Origin: Alphaproteobacteria bacterium
Lineage (GTDB): Bacteria > Pseudomonadota > Alphaproteobacteria > UBA7887
Length of the DNA: 64,000 nucleotides
Direction of reading: 5' to 3'
Assembly (NCBI GenBank): GCA_965216755.1
Contig: CBDCGL010000011.1
Span: forward strand, 4,608,001-4,672,000
Positions 28,432-38,776 of this stretch are shown here, in pieces; position 1 is the stretch's first letter, and every line of letters begins with the position of its first letter. Under the pieces are notes generated by a model that saw only the letters and a list, made by a program, of their open reading frames with translations, was not told the origin of the DNA and did not search any database. A program made the position numbers and the translations under genes.

Positions 28432-29135
28432 GCTTGGTCGTTGCCAATTTGCGGGCGTCATATGGACGAATTCCAATCCTAGACGGCATTGACCTGGCGC
28501 TTGATGACGGTGAGGTCGTCGGCATCCTTGGCCACAATGGCATGGGGAAATCCACGTTTCTGAAGACGCTGGTCGGACTGGTGCCGGCCACCGCCGGCAA
28601 GATCAAATATGACGATCGGGAGATTACGAGATTGCCGACGCCGGCGCGGTGTCGACTCGGAATGGGCTATGTGCCGCAAGGCCGCGAAATCTTTCCGGGT
28701 TTAAGTGTAAGAGACAATCTGCGCATGGGTTGTGTGACAAGGCCCAGCGAGGAAGCCGCGGCAATTCGGGATGCATTGGACGCCTTTCCCCGTTTGGTTG
28801 AGCTTTTGGATCGAATGGGTGGTGCGCTAAGTGGTGGCGAGCAACAGATTTTGGCATTGGCACGATGTTTGTGCGCGCGGCCACGCCTGGTGCTCTTGGA
28901 CGAGCCGACCGAAGGCATTCAACCTTCGATCATCGAAGAGATCGGCGATACGCTGCGGCAGCTTGTGCGCGCGCGCAAGTTGACGCTTCTTCTGGTAGAG
29001 CAAAACCTGGAATTCATACGCGCGCTCTCGGAACGTGTGCTGATCATGCAGAAGGGCAAACTGACCCGTGAACTGTCGGCGGCTCATTTGCAGGATGCCG
29101 ACGTCGTCAGCGAATTTATTGGCATTGGGGGCTGA
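28428..29135 (+). CDS. ABC ATP-binding protein (UrtE/LivF-like)
   Basis: GHNGMGKST, LSGGEQQ, LDEPTEGIQPSII. Confidence 0.92.
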   Translation: MSLVVANLRASYGRIPILDGIDLALDDGEVVGILGHNGMGKSTFLKTLVGLVPATAGKIKYDDREITRLPTPARCRLGMGYVPQGREIFPGLSVRDNLRMGCVTRPSEEAAAIRDALDAFPRLVELLDRMGGALSGGEQQILALARCLCARPRLVLLDEPTEGIQPSIIEEIGDTLRQLVRARKLTLLLVEQNLEFIRALSERVLIMQKGKLTRELSAAHLQDADVVSEFIGIGG

Positions 29136-29217
29136 CCCTGGCCTAGACGGGATATGTTCAGCGATTGGTCGCGATAAAAAAAACGAACTTGGTCATTCTA
29201 TGAAACAGGAGGGCCCG

Positions 29218-30732
29218 ATGGCCGTAAGAGGACCGACGAAAGACCAAATCATTGCACTTGGCGCCGATCTCGGCATGTCGTTTTCGGACGCGGAGATCGC
29301 GGCGTTCGAAGCAACCTTTGCCGGCACGGTTGCCGCCTACAACGCAATCGATCAAGCGCCCGATTTTATACCGGAGGTCAAATATCCACGAACGGCTGGT
29401 CGGCGACCCGGCGCGGAAGAGAATCCGCTTAACGCGTGGTATTGGAAAACTTCGATCAAAGGCACCGACAGCGGTCCGCTTAAAGGGCGCACAGTTGTCT
29501 TGAAGGACAACGTTTGTTTGGCCGGCGTTCCTATGATGAACGGTGCCTCAACTCTGGAGGGCTATGTACCGGAATTTGATGCGACGATCGTGACCCGTCT
29601 GTTGGACGCCGGCGCTGAAATCGTCGGTAAGGCGACGTGCGAGTATTTCTGTCTGTCGGGCGGCAGCCACACAAGTGCACCGGCTCCAGTCGAAAACCCG
29701 CGTAAGAAAGGGCATATGGCCGGTGGCTCGTCGTCGGGGAGCGCCGCCCTTGTCGCCGCGGGCGAGGTCGATATGGCGATCGGCGGTGACCAAGGCGGCT
29801 CGATCCGAATTCCGTCTGCATATAGTGGCTGTGTCGGTATGAAGCCCACACACGGTTTGGTGCCCTACACTGGGATCATGCCCATCGAATCGACCATCGA
29901 TCATACCGGTCCGATTACGGCGAATGTGGCGGACAATGCCTTGCTGTTGGAAGTATTGGCCGGCAAAGATGGTCTGGATCCGCGCCAATATGACGTCCGT
30001 ACCGAAGCCTATAGCCGGATCATGGCTGAAGGCGTTGCCGGGTTGAAGATTGGTGTTCTCAAGGAAGGCTTCGGTCACGCCAACTCGGAGGCGGATGTCG
30101 ACGAGCGGGTACGGGGGGCCGCAGATGTGCTTGCGGCTGCCGGCGCCCAAGTCAGCGAAGTCTCTGTTCCGATGCACCTGATGGGCCAAGTGATTTGGAC
30201 CCCAATTGCCTTAGAGGGCCTGCAGTGGCAGATGATGCACGGCAACGGTATGGGGATGAACTGGAAGGGACTCTACAATACGGGCCTTCTAGACTATCAC
30301 GCCAACTGGCGGGACCGCGCCGATGAGCTGTCGCTGTCGCTTAAGGTGTCTATGTTGATCGGCGAATACTTCATTCGCGCCTATCGGGGCCGTTTCTACG
30401 CCAAAAGCCAAAACTTGGCACGGCAACTCACCGCTGCGTATGACCAAGCGCTGAAGAGCGTGGATATTTTGCTGATGCCGACGCTGCCCCTCAAGGCGCC
30501 AAAAATGCCGGCATCTGACGCGCCGCCCGATGAGATTCTGCAGCGCGCCTTTGAGATGTTGCCGAACACGTCACCCTTCGATGCAACAGGGCACCCTGCA
30601 ATTTCGGTGCCCTGTGCGATGAGCGACGGATTGCCGATCGGTTTGATGTTGGTCGGCCGGCATTTTGACGAGGCGACATTGTATCGTGCTGCCTTAGGCT
30701 TTGAGCAGACTGGGGATTGGACAGCGCGCTAA
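29218..30732 (+). CDS. Amidase-signature family amidase, of the type often linked to nitrile hydratases
   Basis: LKDN (Lys), GGSSSGS, GGDQGGSIRIPS (Ser-cisSer-Lys triad). RBS caggagg precedes ATG 29218. Confidence 0.93.
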   Translation: MAVRGPTKDQIIALGADLGMSFSDAEIAAFEATFAGTVAAYNAIDQAPDFIPEVKYPRTAGRRPGAEENPLNAWYWKTSIKGTDSGPLKGRTVVLKDNVCLAGVPMMNGASTLEGYVPEFDATIVTRLLDAGAEIVGKATCEYFCLSGGSHTSAPAPVENPRKKGHMAGGSSSGSAALVAAGEVDMAIGGDQGGSIRIPSAYSGCVGMKPTHGLVPYTGIMPIESTIDHTGPITANVADNALLLEVLAGKDGLDPRQYDVRTEAYSRIMAEGVAGLKIGVLKEGFGHANSEADVDERVRGAADVLAAAGAQVSEVSVPMHLMGQVIWTPIALEGLQWQMMHGNGMGMNWKGLYNTGLLDYHANWRDRADELSLSLKVSMLIGEYFIRAYRGRFYAKSQNLARQLTAAYDQALKSVDILLMPTLPLKAPKMPASDAPPDEILQRAFEMLPNTSPFDATGHPAISVPCAMSDGLPIGLMLVGRHFDEATLYRAALGFEQTGDWTAR

Positions 30733-30758
30733 GGCGAACGACCGCCGCGGGCCACCGC

Positions 30759-31913
30759 TCATAGCGCTTGCTCGTAAATCTTCAGTGCGTCGTCGACCTG
30801 GACGTCACGCGGATTGTTGATCAGCAAGCGCTGCTGCTTCATGGCGTCTTCCGCCAGCATCGGCAAGTGATTGTGGCTGATTCCGACGTCGCGAAGGCGC
30901 TTGTCGATTTTGAGGTCGTCGATCAGCATCTCGATGCTGTCGATGAACCGGGTCGTCGTCTCGGCGGCCGTGCCCGGGGTCAATCCGGGGATCGCGACAG
31001 GGGCGATTTCGGAATACAGCTCATCCGCGACCGGGGCATTAAATCGCAAGACGTGCGGCAAAACCAATGAGTTCGATAAGCCGTGCGGAACATGGAAATG
31101 ACCGCCGATGGGATAAGCGAGGGCGTGAACGGCGGCGCAGGGTGCATTGGCGAAAGACATGCCCGCTAGCATAGAGCCAAGCAGCATTTTGCCGCGCGCC
31201 TCGAGGTCTTGGCCATCGCGGCACACGGCGCGGATGTTATTGCCCAATAGCGCCAACGCTTCGCGCGCCAGTGCATCTGAAACCGGGTTTTTTCTTAGCT
31301 TCGTGGTGTACGCCTCAATCGCATGAACCATTGCGTCTATTCCGGTCGCCGCGGTGATGTGGCTCGGTAATCCCACCGTTAGCTCGGCATCGAGAACCGC
31401 CCAATCCGCATATAAGATCGGTGACACGACGCCCATCTTGACGGCCTCGCCGGTCGTCACGATGGCTATGGGCGTGACTTCCGAACCGGTGCCCGCCGTG
31501 GTCGGGACCTGGATAAGCGGCAACCGGCTGCCTTTGGCGTTCTCAACCCCGTATGCTTCGGCGATCGGTTGGTCGCTGGCGATCAGGAAGGCCACGAGCT
31601 TGGCCACATCCATGGAGCTGCCGCCGCCGAATCCGACAACGCCGTTGGCCCCGATTTCGCGCGCCAGCGCGCCGGCTTTAAGAACTGTCGCTTCCGATGG
31701 ATCCGCCTCGACTTCGGCAAACACCACAGGTTCCAACCGCGCGGCGCGCAAGCTTTCAAGGCCGGTTTCAAAGAGCCCCAATCCTTTGATACCTGGGTCT
31801 GTGATAAGCAAAACCTTGGTGGCGCCGAGCTGCGTCATCAAGGAGCCGAGCTGGCTTGTCGCCCCAATTTCAGAAAGTATTGATGGAACGGTTTGAAATT
31901 TAAACGCTTTCAT
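30759..31913 (-). CDS. Iron-containing alcohol dehydrogenase
   Basis: GGGSSMD, PTTAGTGSE, DAMVHAIE, HALAY...HVPHG. Confidence 0.92.
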   Translation of the reverse strand: MKAFKFQTVPSILSEIGATSQLGSLMTQLGATKVLLITDPGIKGLGLFETGLESLRAARLEPVVFAEVEADPSEATVLKAGALAREIGANGVVGFGGGSSMDVAKLVAFLIASDQPIAEAYGVENAKGSRLPLIQVPTTAGTGSEVTPIAIVTTGEAVKMGVVSPILYADWAVLDAELTVGLPSHITAATGIDAMVHAIEAYTTKLRKNPVSDALAREALALLGNNIRAVCRDGQDLEARGKMLLGSMLAGMSFANAPCAAVHALAYPIGGHFHVPHGLSNSLVLPHVLRFNAPVADELYSEIAPVAIPGLTPGTAAETTTRFIDSIEMLIDDLKIDKRLRDVGISHNHLPMLAEDAMKQQRLLINNPRDVQVDDALKIYEQAL

Positions 31914-32053
31914 TTCTCATCCTCGTGCCGCGGTTCGCTGGCTAGAAGTACATTATCGGTGCGCGAGAATAACTGCATGCGTCTACCTGTGCCACCATGC
32001 GATCATCTCGGCAAAGCGTGACCTTTGGACGGGAACTGGCTCGGAGGCGAGAC

Positions 32054-33529
32054 GTGGGCAAATCGGCAGAACGTGCGGATCTCATTATACGACAGGCTAG
32101 GTTGATTGACGGCGCCGGCACACCCAGCGTGGTCGGCGATTTGGCGGTCAACGATGATCGGATCAGTGCGGTTGGTGATCTGGGCAATTTGTCGGCAGGA
32201 CGCGAGATCGACGGCCGCGGTTTGGCCGTGGCGCCGGGGTTCATCGATGTTCATACACACGACGATCGTGCGTTGATCAGCGATCCGCTGATGGCATGCA
32301 AAGTGAGTCAGGGCGTTACGACGGTGGTGACCGGAAACTGTGGCATCAGCCTGGCACCCCTGAGTGGTACAGGCACGCCGACACCGCCCCTGGACCTTAT
32401 CGCCGAAGATTTGTCGCAGACGTTCAGTGATTTTGGAGCGTATTTAGATCGCTTGGATGGGGACCCACCGGCGGTCAACAGTGTGTCGCTGGTCGGTCAC
32501 TCCACACTGCGGATGGGGGCGATGGATGCACTGGATCGCGCGGCGTCCGACGTGGAGGTCGCATGCATGTGCCGCGCCCTGACCCAGGCGCTGGCTGGTG
32601 GGGCGGCCGGCCTTTCGACCGGCCTCTACTATGAACCGGCCCGCGCCGCAAAAACGAGCGAAATAATCGCGCTCGCCGAAATCCTGTCCGAGGCCGGCGC
32701 GATTCATACCACCCATATGCGCGACGAAGGCGACAAAATTGACCAGTCATTGGCGGAGACGTTTACCATTGGACGCGCTGCCGGCGTGCCGATTGTCATT
32801 TCCCATCACAAGGTCACCGGACACGCCAATCACGGCCGCACCCCGGAAACGCTGGCATTGATCGATCAAGCGCGTGCCGTACAGCCCATCGCGTTCGACG
32901 TGTATCCCTATGTCGCCGGTTCAACCGTCCTTAGCCCGGACCGCCTTGGACCGGCAAGTCGGGTCATCGTTACGTGGTCGCGCGACCATCCGAGTTTTGC
33001 CGGCCGCGATCTGTCTGACATTGCGGCCGAATGGGATTGTGATCAAGAGACCGCGGCGGAGCGGCTCGCGCCGGCGGGCGCGATTTATTTCACTTTGTCC
33101 GAGGACGATGTGAGGCGCGTGATGTCGCACCCCGGCGCGATGATTGGATCGGACGGGTTGCCCCATGATCGGCATCCTCATCCACGGTTGTGGGGAACGT
33201 TTCCGCGCGTGTTGGGACACTATGCGCGCGATCTTGGCCTTTTCAGTCTGGAAGAGGCGGTTCACAAAATGACGAGTCTTCCCGCCGAGCATTTCGGGAT
33301 CGCAGCGAGAGGTCGCCTGAAAGTCCAGAATTTTGCGGACATTGTCATCTTTGATCCCGAACAGGTTATCGATCGCGCCACTTATGAACGTCCGACGACG
33401 CCGGCCGGCGGCGTCATCGAGGTCTTGGTTAACGGTCGAACTGTTTGGCAGGGGGGTGCCATGACAGGAACGCGACCTGGTCGCGCGTTGCGCCTGGACC
33501 AACTAAGCACGTCACTTCAAACTTCGTAG
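32054..33529 (+). CDS. N-acyl-D-amino-acid deacylase (D-aminoacylase, amidohydrolase)
   Basis: PGFIDVHTHDD, GNCGIS, HMRDE, SHHK, GSDG, PHPRLWGTFPR. RBS ggagg precedes GTG 32054. Confidence 0.92.
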   Translation: MGKSAERADLIIRQARLIDGAGTPSVVGDLAVNDDRISAVGDLGNLSAGREIDGRGLAVAPGFIDVHTHDDRALISDPLMACKVSQGVTTVVTGNCGISLAPLSGTGTPTPPLDLIAEDLSQTFSDFGAYLDRLDGDPPAVNSVSLVGHSTLRMGAMDALDRAASDVEVACMCRALTQALAGGAAGLSTGLYYEPARAAKTSEIIALAEILSEAGAIHTTHMRDEGDKIDQSLAETFTIGRAAGVPIVISHHKVTGHANHGRTPETLALIDQARAVQPIAFDVYPYVAGSTVLSPDRLGPASRVIVTWSRDHPSFAGRDLSDIAAEWDCDQETAAERLAPAGAIYFTLSEDDVRRVMSHPGAMIGSDGLPHDRHPHPRLWGTFPRVLGHYARDLGLFSLEEAVHKMTSLPAEHFGIAARGRLKVQNFADIVIFDPEQVIDRATYERPTTPAGGVIEVLVNGRTVWQGGAMTGTRPGRALRLDQLSTSLQTS

Positions 33530-33595
33530 ACTTGTGTTTCAGTTCCGCGAAGTGTCAGATCGGCCGACTGGCTCCACTCTGGCTTGGCAGAGCGT

Positions 33596-33937
33596 TTACG
33601 TTGTCAGGATGAAGCCGACGGCGGCGATGGAGACGATCGACAACAGGATAATCGCGAGAATGAGCGATGATTTGCTCTTGTTTGTCGACTCTAAGGCCAA
33701 CCCCAGCGACTGGATGCGCATTTTGTGCGACGTAATTTCAGCCTTTAGGCTTCGGATTTCATCGGATTTTTGATCCAAATCGCCGGTGAACTTGTTGACT
33801 TCTTTGGTTTTTGTCGCGAGGGCCTTTTGGCTTTTCTTGAGTTCCTCCTCGGTCGTTGCGAGCCTAGATGTTAGCTCCGCGTTTTCACTCTTTAGCGTTG
33901 TGCTCAAATCCCGGAGATGTTCCAAGGCAACGGACAT
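33596..33937 (-). CDS. Coiled-coil protein with C-terminal membrane anchor
   Basis: Heptad-like charged helix followed by LILAIILLSIVSIAAVGFIL. Confidence 0.6.
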   Translation of the reverse strand: MSVALEHLRDLSTTLKSENAELTSRLATTEEELKKSQKALATKTKEVNKFTGDLDQKSDEIRSLKAEITSHKMRIQSLGLALESTNKSKSSLILAIILLSIVSIAAVGFILTT

Positions 33938-34159
33938 TGTCGGCTCCGCGAACTTTTTCTTTGAACTAAGTGATTCAAACTAGTTCGAAACTCGTGTGTT
34001 TCGAGTGGAAGTGGGCATTTCGAACTACGAATGTTTGCCCAAATCATTTGATAGGTGCAAGTGCCCCATTGTCGGGCAATTGCCAAAAAGCTTCCCTAAC
34101 AATCGGTGGGATTTGCAATCATGGGTTGCGTGAATTGCGTCCCAACCACGCCACGAAAG

Positions 34160-34393
34160 TCAGCGCTTCTCGCATCTGAAATTATAGATCGCGGTGAGGC
34201 CGGCGACGGTGACCGGGGCGACTTCGACCAAGACCGCACTTTTCTCAAAATCCGCGCAATGGGCTTGGGCCAAAGGCCCGGGGTTATGGTTGCTACTGGC
34301 CTTTACTGTGACGCCCTTACTATCGCCGGTGATCACTTGCGGCTCAAACGCACAGCCGGCCACGACAAGCCCGGCAAGAAGCAGTCTCTTCAT
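34160..34393 (-). CDS. Small lipoprotein
   Basis: MKRLLLAGLVVAGC signal with lipobox; GGAGG RBS; two further Cys (AQAHC, FRC). Confidence 0.75.
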   Translation of the reverse strand: MKRLLLAGLVVAGCAFEPQVITGDSKGVTVKASSNHNPGPLAQAHCADFEKSAVLVEVAPVTVAGLTAIYNFRCEKR

Positions 34394-34655
34394 CTCACCT
34401 CCGCATCACAGAGAGTCTCGGCCGCAATGAGAACAAAACAGAAATATCAGACGTCTTCGCGCCAGGGTCGCCAAAGAAATGTTTCATTCTGTTAGCATGA
34501 ATAATTGCACCAATCGTTAAAGCATTCGGTACTCTCCCCGAGCGCACGGCGCACGCACGAGTCCTCGGATGCTGCGGTCGGTCGGCCCCGGGTCAAGAGA
34601 GCGCGCCCTGTTTGGCCATGATTTGGCCACAACGCGCCGCTAGATTGGCCTTATT

Positions 34656-34811
34656 ATGAAGGAAGCAAAGCAGATCCAACCTCGTGCGAAAGAGCGTAAG
34701 TGCCTGATGTGCGGTCGGACCTTCCAATCGGAAGGGGTCCACCATCGAATCTGCGGCAAGTGCAAGAGCAGTCAGACATACCGCAGCGGTGTGAGCCGGT
34801 TTGACGTGTAG
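34656..34811 (+). CDS. Small zinc-finger protein (51 aa, absent from the ORF track)
   Basis: Hand translation: MKEAKQIQPRAKERKCLMCGRTFQSEGVHHRICGKCKSSQTYRSGVSRFDV, with two CxxC motifs. Confidence 0.75.
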   Translation: MKEAKQIQPRAKERKCLMCGRTFQSEGVHHRICGKCKSSQTYRSGVSRFDV

Positions 34812-35113
34812 CTGCCGGTCCGCAGCCGGCGCTTTTCACGATTTCACCGACCTTTAATGTACGATCGTCCAGCTCGCCCGGCGCGTCGGCTGGGGGCTGA
34901 TGTCATTGGTCAAGCCTGCGCGCGGCGCCCAGTTGGCTCGTGCGCGCTGGCCAAGGATACGGCGTCGCTCGCGTGCGGCGGTCAGAAATTCATCAATTTT
35001 CAATAGTCAAAAGCTGTCAAGATGCGCGCTGGTCGTGCATTTGTTATATTCGGTATTCCCCGCCTTGGCCATCGCCCGCCCTCATTAACGCGCGTGTATG
35101 TGAATACCCGGCC

Positions 35114-36034
35114 ATGTTTCTGTCCAGTGATTACACTCGTTGGCTTGAACGCCAGATTCAAAACCAGATTGTGTCCGTCGAGGCCATGCGCGAATCCGGC
35201 TACATGAACTGGCCCCGCCACGTGCAAGTGGAGACAGTGGCACTTTGCGATGCGGCGTGCGCGTTTTGTCCATATCCCGGGTTGGCACGGAAGGGCGCGC
35301 GCCTTTCCGACCAAAGCATTGCAAAAATCCTTGCAGACTTGGCGATGATTCCGCGCAACCTGGCATTCGAGTTTGCACCTTACAATGTCAATGAACCGTT
35401 CCTTGACGATCGCTTGCCCGATATTTTGGATGAGGTCGATAACAAACTGCCACACGCACAAATATCGTTGGTAACAAACGGAACGCGGCTGACCGATGTG
35501 CTATTGGCCCGCATCGCGCGATTGCGCAATGTTGCGTATCTATGGATTTCAGTGAACGCGTGTCAGGCGCAAGACTATCAACGGCTCATGAAACTAGATT
35601 TCAACGAGACAGTGGCAAGATTGCGCACTATTCAGCGAGAAAAGCAGTCCGGCGACTTCGCGCACAAAGTTGTGATTTCCCGTGTCATGGATGGCAGTGA
35701 GGCGGACGAGCAGTTTCTGCAATGGGGCAAGCAAGAATTCCCCGAATTCGAGACGGGATTGTTGCCTCGGCAAAATTGGATCGGTCAAATTGAAAGCGCC
35801 AAGACATTGGCGGAGGTCCCCCGTTTGCCATGCAAACGGTGGTTCGGTCTCTCCATACTCGCAAACGGCGTTGCCACCATGTGCTGCATGGATGGCCGCG
35901 GTGAATGGGCCCTAGGAGACATCGCGGCGACCGACTTGGCAAGCCTCTACAACAGCGCGACCTGGCGCGCCGTTCGCAAGAGTGCTCTGGACCGATTGGA
36001 TACGGCGGGATGTCGTGCGTGTACCTGTGTCTGA
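35114..36034 (+). CDS. Radical SAM protein with SPASM/twitch-like C-terminal domain
   Basis: CDAACAFC (CxxxCxxC), NEPFLD, C-terminal PCKRW...CCMD...CRAC. Confidence 0.88.
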   Translation: MFLSSDYTRWLERQIQNQIVSVEAMRESGYMNWPRHVQVETVALCDAACAFCPYPGLARKGARLSDQSIAKILADLAMIPRNLAFEFAPYNVNEPFLDDRLPDILDEVDNKLPHAQISLVTNGTRLTDVLLARIARLRNVAYLWISVNACQAQDYQRLMKLDFNETVARLRTIQREKQSGDFAHKVVISRVMDGSEADEQFLQWGKQEFPEFETGLLPRQNWIGQIESAKTLAEVPRLPCKRWFGLSILANGVATMCCMDGRGEWALGDIAATDLASLYNSATWRAVRKSALDRLDTAGCRACTCV

Positions 36035-36343
36035 GGCGGGGAGCCACGGCCGGATCAATATCTTTGATCTCTCGGAACGGCTTTTTTGCGTAGCTTACGC
36101 AATCGTATCTTGCCTCATTGCTGCTATGCGTTGTGACAATTGTAGGGCCGTGTCGAGAGAATTCGCGGTCTCTCGGGGGCCGCACCAAGGCCAACCGGCC
36201 GCATGCATATTCGTCCAATTGATCTGGATCGGCATACGCGCTATCAACACTTCGCGTAGGACTGGCACCGACATGGGTGTGCGGTCGAGGAACGGAGCGC
36301 GACGCTGAGCTAAGCACGGGGTTGGTTTCAGGAGACGCTAAAG

Positions 36344-37588
36344 TTGAGCAGAATTGTCGCGAGCGTTCTATCTGTCGCATTCATTGTTTCGGCGTTGACC
36401 ACGACCGCAGCCGACGAGGGTGCCATCGTTGGGTCGCCCTCGTACCAAGAGATTTCGGGTTCAATTGCCATAGAAGGGCGGCTGTTCGCGCGCCCACCAC
36501 TTTACGAGGGCCAAAAACGGCACAGCGCGTCTGTCGTGGCGGAGCCGGAATATTACGCTGAATGGGATGACCAGACGAGCTTGACCGTAGCACCATTCGT
36601 GCGCGTCGATAGCGCCGACCCAGAGCGAACCCATGTCGATGTAAGAGAGCTGTATTTACGTTTGGTTGGCGATGATTGGGAATTGGGTGGCGGCGTCGGG
36701 AAAGTTTTCTGGGGTGTTACGGAGTCGCGACATCTTATTGATATTGTTAATCAAACGGACCTAATTGAGAATATCGACGAAGAGGACAAACTCGGCCAAC
36801 CCATGCTCAATCTGACGTTGATTCGCGATTGGGGCTATGTCGATTTATTTTACCTGCCTTACTTTCGTGAGCGAACTTTTCAAGGTCGCCGCGGGCGGTT
36901 GCGCAACCAACTTGTTATCGACACGGATCAAACGCGTTATACGAGCGGTGTTGAAGAATGGCACCCGGATTTTGCGGCCCGCTACAGCAATTCGTTCGGG
37001 AATTGGGACCTAGGTATTGCGCATTTTTACGGCACGAGCCGAGAGCCGTCGTTTAGCATCGGTCTGACGTCCGGCGGCGCGCCGACCCTGATTCCAGAGT
37101 ACGAATTGATCAACCAAACCTCAACCGACATCCAATACACGACCGGTGCCTGGTTGTGGAAATTCGAAGGATATTACCGCCAAGGCCAGAAGAACCGTCG
37201 CGGTGACGAGGAAAACTTCTATGCGATGGTCGGCGGGTTCGAATATACCCTATTCGGTCTATTTGACAGCGACATCGATTTTGGGATCTTGACGGAGTAT
37301 TTGCGGGACAGCCGACTGCGTCGTGCGAGCACGGCCCTGCAGAACGATATATTTATTGGCGGTCGCATTGCGCTCAACGACGCGCAGGACACGCAATTGT
37401 TGGCGGGGGTCATCCAGGACCTTCGGGAAACCACCCGTCTCTATTTTGTCGAGGCCAACCGGCGATTTGGCGACAGTTGGCGGGCCACACTGGAATTGCG
37501 TAGTTTTACCAGTGTGGATAATAGCGATATTCTGTTCAGCATTCGAGACGATGACTTTGTGCAATTGGAGCTGGCATATTTTTATTAG
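36344..37588 (+). CDS. Putative outer-membrane beta-barrel protein
   Basis: Signal peptide, alternating beta-strand pattern, VRELY and aromatic C-terminus LELAYFY. Confidence 0.8.
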   Translation: MSRIVASVLSVAFIVSALTTTAADEGAIVGSPSYQEISGSIAIEGRLFARPPLYEGQKRHSASVVAEPEYYAEWDDQTSLTVAPFVRVDSADPERTHVDVRELYLRLVGDDWELGGGVGKVFWGVTESRHLIDIVNQTDLIENIDEEDKLGQPMLNLTLIRDWGYVDLFYLPYFRERTFQGRRGRLRNQLVIDTDQTRYTSGVEEWHPDFAARYSNSFGNWDLGIAHFYGTSREPSFSIGLTSGGAPTLIPEYELINQTSTDIQYTTGAWLWKFEGYYRQGQKNRRGDEENFYAMVGGFEYTLFGLFDSDIDFGILTEYLRDSRLRRASTALQNDIFIGGRIALNDAQDTQLLAGVIQDLRETTRLYFVEANRRFGDSWRATLELRSFTSVDNSDILFSIRDDDFVQLELAYFY

Positions 37589-37775
37589 CCGGCTGAACGG
37601 TGTGGTTCATCTACGCGGCCTCGTCACCATTGCCGAGCCCACAATCAATTGGCGGCGCGCCTGACAAGCGGTTCGGCGAAGCAACCGCGGTACCCGTGGA
37701 GTTTTGGGCGTGGGTTCCCGCCGATCGCGACGCCGTACCGTATCGACACTTGCTCTGCGAAGAGGTGTGAACGCT

Positions 37776-38438
37776 CTAAGCCTCGGTGTCGCCCTTGGCC
37801 ACCATTCCAAACCAGTCATCGACTGTGATTTGGCCACCTTCTCTGTCGGCGCGGCCGTGGTCTTCCGCGGGTAGGGCCTCTTGCACGATATCAATCCGCT
37901 TCCAACCGGCAAGTGGTGTCGCGGTGTCTTCCCGCGGAACGTAGCGACTGGTTTCTGCACGTTGCATGCGGTGAACGTAACGCGGGCAGTTTGGAAACGC
38001 ATGGGTGACCGCGACGCGCACGACCAACTGCGCCTCTTTATACGCGTCCATTAAGGGATCATCGTTGGAAACCGAGGCGACACCTTGAACACGGAGCCGA
38101 ATTGGTTTCTCAAAATCCATGAAAAGGAGACCTACTTTGCCGCTACTCGTGATGTTGCCCATCGAGTAAAACATGCCATTGCCGTCATAACTCGGGAACG
38201 CGATCGTCTTATTGTCGACAACTTTTACAAACCCTGCATCGCCCCCTTTGTAAGATACGGTTGGTGAACCGTTTTCATCGACCGTGGAAAGCCAGAACAT
38301 GTCGCGGCTCTCGATAAACGCCTGGTCGTTCTCACCAATTTCACTTGCTACAAATCCGCCTTCGATCAAATCAGCGATGCGCCTGGTATCAAACTGATCT
38401 TGGAACGAACGATGGGCTGGACCAAACAATGTACTCAT
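37776..38438 (-). CDS. Pyridoxamine 5'-phosphate oxidase-family FMN-binding protein
   Basis: PTVSYKGG, FPSYDGNGMFYSMGN, NCPRY. Confidence 0.88.
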   Translation of the reverse strand: MSTLFGPAHRSFQDQFDTRRIADLIEGGFVASEIGENDQAFIESRDMFWLSTVDENGSPTVSYKGGDAGFVKVVDNKTIAFPSYDGNGMFYSMGNITSSGKVGLLFMDFEKPIRLRVQGVASVSNDDPLMDAYKEAQLVVRVAVTHAFPNCPRYVHRMQRAETSRYVPREDTATPLAGWKRIDIVQEALPAEDHGRADREGGQITVDDWFGMVAKGDTEA

Positions 38439-38776
38439 AGTGTGCCGTGCCTCCCCTAGATCTTAGATCCGCACATGTTTTCGAATTGCGGCACGCCGGC
38501 CGCGAACAGGCGCGCACGCTAGCACCAAATTGCCGGCGCGTGATAGCCGCATTCGCAGAGCTTGAGCGGCCTTGGCTTGCGCAGGACGCCGGCGGGATTT
38601 GGTATCCGCTTGCCAAGAGTCTTGCTTTTGCGCGATCCGAATACCGTGAAGGTTTGCCGGTCTGAGCCGCGGCCGGCCGCTTTCTCGAGGCGGAAGCGTA
38701 GCCGCCATGTGTGATTACCATGGCGGCGTGTTGTGCGGCCGCTAGGCCTGGAACCCGTGACGATCGTGTCGGTGAC

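Noticed and set aside
30759-31913. Fe-ADH as dddB partner of the DddD-like gene
   Set aside because: It is ~17 kb away and belongs to a large generic family. No dddC or dddT is in the window.
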